From: Trichinella spiralis
Lineage: Eukaryota
NCBI RefSeq assembly: GCF_000181795.1
Contig: NW_003526941.1
Location: forward strand, 9,917,283 to 9,937,282
Length of the DNA: 20,000 nucleotides
Direction: 5' to 3'
Below are positions 1 through 9,314 of this stretch, piece after piece. The notes under the pieces were generated by a model that worked only from the letters and a program-made list of their open reading frames with translations, made no database searches and was not told where the DNA came from. The translations under genes and the position numbers were made by a program. How positions within the stretch are numbered: the stretch's first letter is position 1; every line of letters begins with the position of its first letter.

Positions 1-302
1 AAATATCAGTAGTTTGTAGATCAGTTTTTTACAGTTTCTAATGTTGACATTATAAGAAAAAATGCTGATTTTAGTTGTTTCACTTCTCAATGTGATGGTA
101 CTGTGGTCATTTTGGGCGTACAATGTTGTTCGTTAAATTTTGTACTTGATTAGACACACACAAACCGAGCAAATGAAGTTAAATATGGAGCTTTATTATA
201 TTTACAATGGAAATGTATAATTCTTGTTAACGCAAAAGCAAAGTTATAATAAAAAATTTTTTAGCATTAAAAGAAATATACACTATTCCACTTTATCACT
301 TT
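1..302. repeat. Diverged direct repeat, copy 1 (paralogous to 19686-20000); probably part of a degenerate minus-strand gene
   Basis: Colinear shared blocks with the window end: ATGTTGAC (41 vs 19726), ATGCTGATTT, GGTACTGTGG, GCAAATGAA, AGCTTTATT, TTATAATAAAAAATTTT, and an exact 15-mer CCACTTTATCACTTT (288-302 vs 19986-20000). Confidence 0.85.
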
Positions 303-557
303 CAACGATTGCGTTTTCAGAAGAAAATGCTAGTTTGACTTTCATGTTGGAGACAGGTTTAATTTTCAGCACACTGGTCACATCACCAGTTTGGGAAGAA
401 TGCAAAGGAAACGACTGTGAGAGTGCACTTCCAGGCACAACCGATTCACGAGCAATTTTTTCATTGTTGACCGCATTGCATGATGCTGTTGGAAAGTTGA
501 AAAGTACGTTGTTGGATCTTGGGGCGTTGACCACATTAAGAAAACACGTGTAAAATG
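283..557 (-). other. Possible exon or pseudo-exon of an unidentified gene (Ser/Asn/Val-rich open frame)
   Basis: The 83-aa ORF extends upstream to a TTTTAAG acceptor-like site near 558. Its 3' end overlaps the segment duplicated at the window end. No recognisable domain. Confidence 0.2.
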
Positions 558-638
558 CTTAAAATGTTCCTTTTTTAAAATTTGCTATAATAGATAGTAT
601 GAAAAATGTTGTATATGCTGGACTTAAAATATTTTCGA

Positions 639-1309
639 TTTAACTCACTCGATCGTTTTCTTAACTGACCATACTCGGTTGGCCAAGAAGAACCCAAACC
701 TACAGTCCACTCTCTCCCCGCGCCTGTCAAACTAGCTTGACAGGCCTTCGAACCTGAGCATCGCAGGCGTACAGAACTCCCCACCGGTTCGTACGTGAAA
801 AGACCGAAGGTGGGCAAGGCAAAACAACAAAAGCAGCCCAGAAAGTTCAATGAGCAAAGAAAAAATAGCACCTTAGCGAATCTGCGGTCACCTGTTGTGT
901 AGCCAATACATTTGATACATTTAAATGGGACCGTTCTACGGGTCTGTTATAATGCCAATTTTTGGCCTGGATTTCTCCAGTTCGCCGAAATTTGACGCAG
1001 TGGATACTCCTGCATTTTCCACATCGAAAGGAGTTTCGCAGGAACGCATGTTGACATCTAGTTATGCGAAAAAATCAGATGTGTTGCGCTATTTGATGGA
1101 TGACTGCTGATTCGATTCTTGAATGAATAATAACTGAAAGAATAAATGTACGAATCGGTGGGGGGTTCAGTAAGCCTGCGATGCTCAGGTTCGAAGGCCT
1201 GTCAAGCTAGTTTGACAGGCGCGGGGAGAGAGTGGACTGTAGGTTTGGGTTCTTCTTGGCCAACCATGTCAAAGTATGGTCAGTCAAAAAAACGATCGAG
1301 TGAGTTAAA
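639..1309. repeat. Long inverted repeat: arms 639-794 and 1148-1309, 353-bp spacer
   Basis: The arms are near-identical reverse complements, with a few substitutions and one 6-nt indel. Each arm contains a 9-bp-stem palindrome GCCTGTCAA-N6-TTGACAGGC (722-745; 1197-1220). The repeat explains the identical peptide in ORFs 575..871(-) and 1146..1475(+). Confidence 0.95.
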
Positions 1310-1766
1310 CGCAAGCGGATCAAGCAACGCAAAGAATACACGTTCGTTTCTTCGACAAGAGGCAATCAGAGGAACGTACTCAGTCGACAGCAGCAAACAG
1401 AGAGTTAATACGTATACAGGAACAAGCAACAGTACGGGAACTAATGATAAATCAAACGGCAAAGATCTCGACTAACTTCGGTGTCTATATATATATGGCT
1501 ATTCTTTGTCCGTCATCGCATAGGAAACGACATTGTTCATTCGCCACACAACGTTCGCCTACAATTATTTCAAAATTTCAAGAGCAAATTAATATTAGTC
1601 ACAAGAAAAGTCGCACAACGTTCATTTCTATCGATTAGCAAGCGATCGTACTTAATTTCGCAAATAAACATTATTCAAGACAAGCTCAAACGTACATTGA
1701 AATTGCACACAAATTTGCATTCAAACCAGACAACGCCTATTTTCTTCAATTTCATTCTTCAATTTC

Positions 1767-2196
1767 TAAAAGCAAATCTTTCTCTGTATTAAACGCTGCA
1801 ATTTGGGAAAACTGCCAAAAACTCGACTCTGAAAGTTATTTAAAAATGCAAAGCTCTCCGAGTCGTGTTTTTTGCACTTTTCCCATATTTGTGATAATTC
1901 ACGAGCAAAACGTTTTCACTGCTGACCGCATTTCTTGAGGCTAGCGGATAAAAAATATTAAATGAAAACATGCAGTCATGAAAATAAATAAAAGCACATC
2001 TTTCCCTGTACTTAACGCTGCAATTTAGGAAAACTGCGAAAAACTCGACTCTGAGAGTTATTTAAAAATGCAAAACTCTCTGAGTCGTGTTTTTTGCACT
2101 TTTCCCATATTGGTGATAATTCACGAGCAATGTTTTCATTGCTGGCAGCATTTCGCGAGGCTGGTAAATGAAAAATATTAAATCAAATATGCAGTT
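1767..2196. repeat. Tandem duplication, period 222 bp, each unit with an ~88-nt imperfect hairpin
   Basis: Units start with TAAAAGCA at 1767 and 1989. The hairpin TGGGAAAACTGCCAAAAACTCGACTC...GAGTCGTGTTTTTTGCACTTTTCCCA lies at 1801-1888, with its copy at about 2023-2110. Confidence 0.9.
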
Positions 2197-2514
2197 AATC
2201 ATGATGATGAAGTCTATATGCTATTAACATTGCATTGTTTGTTCATAATTCATTGGGATCAGGAGAATGAACAGAAAGAGCCCAGTCGTAAAGAGATCTG
2301 TACTTAAATTTAAACATAAAATTTATTCTTTTGATACTTACTGCAACAGCGGGACGCTCTCAGCTCTTCAAAAGGGCTTTCGCCATCGCCACTATTCAAC
2401 AGTCTGTCAGGAGAACAGTATACTTTAACAAACTCCTAAATAACAATATTTACTGTATGTTATATAATAATTTTACTTACGTTTTTTCTTATGAGCTGAA
2501 AGAAAAAAATAAAA

Positions 2515-2880
2515 ACCTTGCTGGCACACCGCGAGATGGGGAAGGTACCACGTCTTCCCTGGCGTACTTGATGCCAGTGCTTCCTCAGCCCATTCGCTGT
2601 CAAGCTACGACAGCATGCGCTTGTGTAGTCCTTGTCAAGTCGGACCTCTCTGCTAAGCTGCTTTTCCAAAACTCAGTATCGTCTTATCGCTGTCCCGTAA
2701 TTGTTCGGCAGGCTGGCCATGCCTGATTTCCACAGCAGTCCCACAAAGTACCGGATTCCATCAAAGAATAAGGATTCTTTGAATTGCCGCTTCATTTCAG
2801 TCTGTCCGGACTCTGCCTCCGGAGGGAGAATACTGATTCCTTCCAGTTCCAAAAGCTTCCGGTGGATCGCGTTCAGATGA
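2515..2880 (-). mobile_element. Degenerate BEL/Pao LTR-retrotransposon pol fragment (region entering reverse transcriptase)
   Basis: Minus-strand peptides across broken frames: RKLLELEGISI...FKESLFFDGIRYFVGLLWKSGMASLPNNYGTAIRRY, LEKQLSREVRLDKDY, and WAEEALASSTPGKTWYLPHLAVCQ. These match the BEL/Pao FWELE...Y.V.LPWK...LP.N...A..RL...YLPHHAV signature. Frameshifts and a stop are present. Confidence 0.85.
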
Positions 2881-2911
2881 TCGTTCGTTTCGGCGCAGTG
2901 GACCCTGAAGT

Positions 2912-3096
2912 TGTCTCCTTGACGTATAACGACTAAGTGGATCAGATTCGTAGAGAAACAGCAATGCGAGAGAACCGACAAGAGGGAGAGTCTGGAATGA
3001 ATGTGTAAATTGAGGAGGCATCATTTATACGCTTTAAAGTGGGGTAGTAGGTCGGGACGCTCAGGTACACTTGTGTGCTGTAGTAGTCCCTATACA
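2912..3096 (-). mobile_element. Possible LTR remnant upstream of the Pao fragment
   Basis: On the minus strand it begins TGTATAGGG (3096), has a TATAAA at 3029-3024 and ends GGAGACA (2912). It is GC-richer than the flanks and abuts the pol fragment. No second LTR or TSD found. Confidence 0.35.
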
Positions 3097-5720
3097 GAGC
3101 ATTGCAGAAATAAAAATTCACAGCAAAACTCAAATTGAAAATTATGCAACGACCGAAAAACTACGGGCTCGCTCATTGGTGATAGTATTGGAATGTAATT
3201 TACATACTGTGCGTAATTTGCATACCTACTAAGCGAAAAATGTGCACTTGCCATATTTATCAACGGAGATGGATAAAATAAAAATTTGCATGCGAATACG
3301 TTCGATTTAATGCAAATAGTTTGAGTTTTCCTGACTATACGTAGGATTTTCTGGAAAACTGTAAACTTTAACAACTTCTAAATAACGCCGGTAGTGAAAT
3401 ATCTTTTGAAGAACTGAAAGCGTCCCTCTATTTAAGGAAGTATCAAAAGAAATAAGAAATGATGAATAGATTTTTTCCTTCAACAGATAAACGAATTCTA
3501 GCATTTCCTTGTTGGCATAGTAATTTTGTTGAAGATTTAATTGTTACTGCATTGTTTAAGATGATTTTGTATGATTCGCATACCGTTGGTTCCTAGTGTG
3601 CATACCATAGAATTTTATTGGTTACTCCCGTTAGAGTATTTTACGTGAAAATTTTATAACTTAAAAACTAACTCATTTTTCTTTAAAAAAGATTTACATA
3701 AAAGAAAACAATCTTATTATTTTCCATTTTAATATACATTCAAATTTAAGTACAGATAATTTTCGATTTAACATTGAGTTCTGTTTGTTCTCCTGACCCT
3801 AATGAATCATATGAAAAAACAGGCGATGTTAATAACATTTAGATTGCTAATCATCATGATTTAGTTAGTGCTCATGTTTGACTGTATATTTTGATAATTT
3901 GCTCCTTGTAAATTTGGTGAATTGTTTAAAATTTTCATTCGCATAGTCTGCGTTCATTTGACTTCTAAAGTACGATGCTCTAGCTACTGTTGCTGTCGAA
4001 GCAAGCGATTACCATGTACATCCTTGCAGAAGCTAAAAAGTGAACGTCAGGTGTTTGTTGCTGATTGATAAACAGAAATACAATATTTTACCAGCAATGT
4101 CGTCACAAAATATGTTCCTCTGTCATCATCTGGACAAGCCCAATCAATTGCTGAGCGTCAAAATTTTCTATTCCAAAGATCAGATGCTGTGTGAGATAGT
4201 TGTGCTGAAGCGGCTGAATCAAGATGACGATTTTTCTACAAATGGGAACGCTGTTCAACGATAGCGATAAAAGTTGACAGGCTGAAAATGGATAAATATA
4301 AATAGAATAAAAATAGTAAAACTTTGAATATGAGAAAACTGACCATTAAATTAAAAAGTAACCAAAATTCGACAAATAGCACCCACTACAAATAGTAATC
4401 GGTGAAAGTTAGTCGGCTTGAAAACCAATGAAATTTATAACCAATCAAACTTCGATGCGGCATGCCTTTGAGGGTTGGCAATATTTGAAATGAGAAAAGC
4501 ACAAATCATTGAACAAACTACATAACTTTGAAAACATTTGAAGCTTTTTGCCCAACTAATTGGAAACATTTTCACATGTACGTGTGCGTCGAATAGGAAT
4601 ATATTATTGTATTTTGAAGAATATGAAAATTTTAAATTGCATCCATGTATTTTCATGTCATTTTAATTAAAAAAACATTACATATATTTGTTCATTTTCT
4701 TTTTTACCATCAATATGATTATAAAAACTCTACATAAACTTTATTTACATAATTCAAAATGTTATTTTAAAGGCACATCTTTTACATTTGTGCCTTTTTC
4801 AATAATGATTAAAATTTACGCTTTAACTTATTTACGGCAATTTTGAATAACAGTTTGAAATAATAAACTCATTATAAGACGAAATAGTTATGAAGTAAAA
4901 CAAGAAATTTGAGATAAATATCATAATCATATTAGCTATAATGATCGTCTAAAAAATGAACCAAACAAATATGTACACACTGTGTATCATTGAATGCTGA
5001 GTATAAAGTCGCTAAGTATTTCATTTTAAAATGAAAAATATGCAAATGAACAGTGTCAACATGCAAATAGTCATGTGGTTGTTAATACAGCGATCTCCAG
5101 AAGATGCCAATTAGCGTGATCGAACCAGTTTAAGTATTTACTAAAAACTGCATGTTCAACGCCATTTTTTCTAGGAAAATTGGAAAAACATAGGACATGC
5201 AAAAAAATTAATAATGAAGTCGCATATTTGAAGAACGCAATAATTTGGAGAGTAAAACAATTCGCGATATAAGGATATGAAAAAATAAACAATAATAAAA
5301 AATACTGGTATGGGTAACTCGTTTTAAGATATTTGAAAATAAAAATACTCGTTAAAACAATTATAAAATGACAAAACCTGTGCATATGTGTATAAATAAA
5401 CTTGCTCCTGTCGCATTATCGAATGATTTTTGATAGGCAAATAAATTCATGTTGTTAGCGGAAAAAAATTCATTCTTTTCAAAAAATGTACTAAACGTTA
5501 AAAGGGTATTAAATGAAAAAAATACATGAAAGAAATTAAAGAAACCTCCCATTTTCTTCGCTCCATGACATCTTAGATGAAAATTTCATTTCATTTTCCA
5601 CTGCTTTGTGTAATTATTGTTGTCTGTTTACGCGAACATTCATATTCTACTTAAGCTAAAGTCTATTAAACAAGAACTTACTTTTGCATAATTATCGTTA
5701 ATGTAATCGTAATATTATAT

Positions 5721-6130
5721 TGTAGCGGACGCAGGTCGACGCGCAACAATTATTGTATTTGTACGAACTGTAGAGGAAGAAAAAAAAATTAGCTACCGTA
5801 AACAGATTGAAACTTGAAGATCACGGAAAAATTACGGTGTGCGGGTGTTGGCAGCCAGTGAAGTGATATAGTGGGTTTTTGACGTATCGATGGCAGTCTT
5901 TGTTAGTATTTGAAAATGAATATTGTACTTTATATCTGTCTTTTGGATGCGAGAATTCATTGGAGAAGCGCGAACTCGTGAAAGGGGGCAGCCGGGGCCA
6001 GCAGTAACAGGACGGACAGCACGGCCAAGGAGACGTACCCGTCGGCCGACTCTGCTGCGTCGTCGCCTAGCGATGACCTTGGCAGCAGTCCGGTTGGGGC
6101 GAGCGAAGCCATGGAGAGTTGCTCGTTACA
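5721..6130. mobile_element. Probable solo LTR (or small TIR element), 410 bp, 4-bp ATAT target-site duplication
   Basis: Begins TGTAGCG and ends CGTTACA (6/7 terminal inverted match, TG...CA). Flanked by ATAT at 5717-5720 and 6131-6134. Forms a GC-rich island in AT-rich intergenic DNA. Confidence 0.6.
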
Positions 6131-6573
6131 ATATATAAAAAGGTTCGGTTTAGATATGTTAAAGGAAGAATTTTTTTATCAGAAAATAAATGCCTTAAAG
6201 CGCATTTCTATATTTCAGGATTTTCAACGATTATTTTCTATGTGAAAGCAATTTTTTATTTAAACTAGCATTGTTACAGTAAGAAATTATTGTGCCTACT
6301 ATTCTTTAAAATTACCGTAGTATTTATTCGTTAGATTGACATGTGCGTTATTGTACTGTTTTTGCCTATTTGTGAAATTTGAAATTTCGATATGAATAAA
6401 GTATTAGATATGATTATGTTTCATGGTCGTTTTAAGCCATTTGCATTTTATTCAACAATTTGTACTTTTTCTTTTCATAATTTTATTGTTTTGTTTAATT
6501 GCTTTTATCAGAATATTGATTTTGCTTTTCACTATTCTAAACTCACTGTTTAGTGACAGGACACGATGTGCTT

Positions 6574-6866
6574 ATGGATGGAATGAAAAGTTTATCGCCA
6601 AAGTGTGATCGGCTGAAACAGTTGTACGAAAGTTGCTTCAACAAGTGGTTTGCAGAACACTATTTAAAAGGTGATAATAGTGATCACTGTCAGCCCCTGT
6701 TCAGAATTTATCAGGAGTGCGTAAAGCAAACTCTTCTTGAACATCGTATTGATTGGTCTGAAGTGGAACAAAACATTATTGATACAGAACGGGACAAATC
6801 TTATTCTACAAAGGTTTTTCTTGAAAATTTGAAAACTGGCAATTATTTTTTGCTTTTCGTTTTTTA

Positions 6867-6904
<38 letters not shown>

Positions 6905-6948
6905 TGTTTGTTTATATGAATTACTTTCAGAATGGAAAACAACGATAG
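6574..6948 (+). CDS. TRIAP1: TRIAP1/Mdm35 family twin-CX9C mitochondrial intermembrane-space protein; exons 6574-6813 and 6931-6948 (85 aa; 82 aa from ATG 6583)
   Basis: MKSLSPKCDRLKQLYESCFNKWFAEHYLKGD...CQPLFRIYQECV contains two CX9C motifs and the family CFN.WF.E..LKG signature. Upstream acceptor TGTTTAG ends at 6553. Predicted intron 6814-6930 (AAG|GTTTTT...TTTCAG) gives a C-terminus NGKQR*. Confidence 0.92.
6869..6898. repeat. (TA)15 microsatellite in the TRIAP1 intron
   Basis: Perfect TA run read directly from the sequence. Confidence 0.95.
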
Positions 6949-7369
6949 TAGCAGTACTGGCTCACGTTTTGATAATCTGGAACAATGTTTAGAGAGTTTT
7001 ATCGAAAATTCAAGACAGCTTTGCATGGTAGCTAGTGATTTTCAGGCTTCCAGTCAAACGGTTCTCAATCAGAAAATACAGGCTGTTCTCGGAGGTCTTC
7101 AAGAACTGAGTGCTAAACACAGCAAATTTAACGATATCAAAATTCCCGTTGAACTGCTTGATTACGTCGATGCTGGAAAAAATCCTCAACTGTACACAAA
7201 AGATTGCATAGAGAAAACTTTGATACGTAATAAAGAAGTAAATGGGAAAATTGAACAATACAAAAAATTCCGGGCTTGCTTACTGAATGAGCTGACTGAT
7301 TTATTTCCAAAAGAAACAATACAGTACCGCACAATTCGGGAAGATGATCCTGCTGCAGGACGACCATAA
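6932..7369 (+). CDS. MED10: Mediator of RNA polymerase II transcription subunit 10 (single exon, 145 aa)
   Basis: LEQCLESFIENSRQLCMVASDFQ...IPVELLDYVDAGKNPQLYTKDCIEKTLIRNKEVNGKIEQYKKFR matches the Med10/Nut2 signature. Acceptor TTTCAG ends at 6930. AATAAA at 7410-7415 and 7414-7419. Confidence 0.95.
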   Translation: MENNDSSSTGSRFDNLEQCLESFIENSRQLCMVASDFQASSQTVLNQKIQAVLGGLQELSAKHSKFNDIKIPVELLDYVDAGKNPQLYTKDCIEKTLIRNKEVNGKIEQYKKFRACLLNELTDLFPKETIQYRTIREDDPAAGRP

Positions 7370-7421
7370 TTTTTTTTGTATCCAAACGGTTTGTGACGTG
7401 TTTAAAAAGAATAAATAAATT

Positions 7422-9106
7422 TCAAGAAAGTAAATTTTGATTAAAATCATAAGGTGAAAATAAAGAACGAAATTTCAACGCTAAAGCAGTCTCTTCTTCA
7501 ACAGAAAGTGCACATTGACGCCAGTCGATCCTTTCAGGACAGTTGAGCAAATCTTTGTTTGTCAAAGCTTCGCGTGCGAACTGTACAGGAAATTGTTTCA
7601 TACGACGCACAAACAATCGTTGACCATAAGGTAATTCGGCATAAAAATATGGACAACCAGGTGAAGCAATATCACCCAAGGAAACATCTTCCGACAATTC
7701 TGCCATGTCGACACCGTGATTGGCTGCGGCCTGTATAAAACACTGACGAACCAACATCGATTTCGAATTTGCAATCGGTACAGCGTGCACTTGTAAATGC
7801 TGAGTGCGGTAATTGCGTTCAAAAAATATGACAGTGCGATCTTGGGCGGCGAAAAATTTCCGCAATGATTCTTTGTATTTTTCTATATCTTCAAGAACAT
7901 CATCATCTGCTTCGACCATTGACTGTATATGACCAATAGGTGTGATCAAGAAATGATCGTCGCACAGACCACCTTTGGTCAGTGACAAATAAGCGCTGTC
8001 GCCGATAGAAATTATCAAATGCTTTTGCACCTCTTCACTGGACAAGCAAAACCAACATGGGCCAATGTTCACTTTCTTCTGTGGCACTGCTGTGCGAAAT
8101 CTTTTCTTCGAATTACTAAAATCAAATAAGTCATTTAGAATATTTTTCCTTTTGAAAATAATACATACGAGTTTCGATTGTCAACAGCAGATGCTTCAGC
8201 TTGGGCCATGTCGAAAAAAAATTGCTTCGTCGTTGGGATAGAATGATGGGCCTTTCGTTTGCGAATATTTATTTTATTTTCCAATTCCTCCAAAACTTCC
8301 GCATATGGGAATTCAGTAGTATTGGCTGGCAAATCGATCAGCTGACTGCGAACCATATGTTTCATCGGTACGATGTTAAATGCGAATAAATATTTCAATT
8401 TCTGCGGATTACCATTTCTAGCCAAGCCGATAAATCGTGTAGGATGACAAGTTTGCTCCTGGAGCATTTTGTGGTTCCTGTACGGAGGACGCTCGTAATG
8501 GCACCCGGTGTTTGCGGAAAAATGATATCTTGGCTTCAAAGCGGCTGCCAATTTGGAAACTAATGCTGAACAATTCAACTCTTCATCTTCAAACAAATCT
8601 GGAATATATGAAGAATTCTTTTCCACGCCAAGTGGCCACTGACTAGTCAGTAAAATGTCCACTCCGATGAAATTCGCTCTGGCCGTAGCTTGACCAATCA
8701 AACTATCGACCGTCTCAGCGCTGAAATGTGTCTCATCTTCGTATTCAGCTTCCGTGCCACTAAGATAAGCAATTGTCAAACCAGATGCACTAGTAAATAT
8801 ACCTTTTTTTCCGAGATAAATTAAATTGTGCCCCAATTCTGTTCCGGCTTCAGTACGGTAATTGCGAACGCTATCCACTTTAAGCGGACCCAATATGTAA
8901 GTGGGAATGGTGCACCGAAGTTCTCCATTTAAAACACGGCGATTCTCTTGCAAATCAGCGCCAAAAAATTCTCCACAGACGAGCATCATTTCAAAAGTTC
9001 CAACTTTACGTAATACTTGTTCCATTCGTACCCAAAGATTCACAAAATTACCATCTACATCACCACAGACCAATATACGTTGTTGATAGGGCTGTAAAAG
9101 TGACAT
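7422..9106 (-). CDS. CWF19L1: CWF19-like protein 1 (Drn1 family); exons 9106-8169 and 8115-7422 (543 aa)
   Basis: N-terminal metallophosphoesterase-like domain (ILVCGDVDG, GVDILLTSQWP, LKPRYHF, YERPPYRNH, TRFIGLA) and C-terminal CwfJ domains (CWFCLSS, KHLIISIG, FFERNYRTQHLQVHAVP, FPVQFARE, DWRQC). A 53-nt intron 8168-8116 (GTATGT...TTTTAG) joins the two ORFs in frame. Confidence 0.95.
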
Positions 9107-9140
9107 TTTCAATCTCTTTTCGATCAGCAAAATAAAATAT

Positions 9141-9314
9141 CTGTAAAATGAACATTATTTCGAAATCAAATTGTAAATAAAAATACAAAATGCAGTATGA
9201 ATAGTTATATTTCAAACTAGCATCGTAACACAATTTTACAATAAAAGTACAATACTTTTACTCATATCGAAAATATCGCTTTTAAATTAAAATTTATTAT
9301 TTACATTAACAAGA
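9141..9314 (-). promoter_or_regulatory. Putative intercistronic region: poly(A) signal of GPATCH11 and trans-splice acceptor of CWF19L1
   Basis: On the minus strand: AATAAA at 9298-9293, an 8-bp hairpin at 9242-9260, UAYYUU-like motifs at 9249-9244 and 9185-9180, and acceptor TTTTACAG ending at 9141, 34 nt before the ATG. Confidence 0.5.

Larger units (their letters stand above)
2197..3861. repeat. Diverged inverted repeat, arms ~2197-2313 and ~3739-3861
   Basis: The blocks AATCATGATGAT, TATTAACAT, TCAGGAGAA, AACAGAA and ATCTGTACTTAAATTT occur on + at 2197-2313 and in the same order on - at 3861-3739. Confidence 0.8.

Noticed and set aside
1160..1225. tRNA gene suggested by GGTTCGAA
   Set aside because: No cloverleaf can be formed, the loop is 8 nt, and the A-box-like to B-box-like spacing is too short.
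575..1475. Two ORFs sharing the peptide LRCSGSKACQASLTGAGREWTVGLGSSWPT as a duplicated gene pair
   Set aside because: The identity is fully explained by the DNA inverted repeat, and the ORFs are unrelated outside the arms.
5923..6138. Arg-rich 71-aa ORF
   Set aside because: Lies in the GC-rich putative solo LTR, and its composition reflects GC content rather than a known protein.
6814..6930. Hydrophobic YIYIYI C-terminal extension of TRIAP1 in ORF 6553..6948
   Set aside because: It is the translation of an AT-rich, microsatellite-containing intron with GT...TTTCAG ends.
6574..7369. TRIAP1-MED10 in-frame fusion protein
   Set aside because: Splicing 6813^6931 puts MED10 in the +1 frame. Intron retention with one extra TA unit would enter the MED10 frame but hits TGA at 6917-6919.
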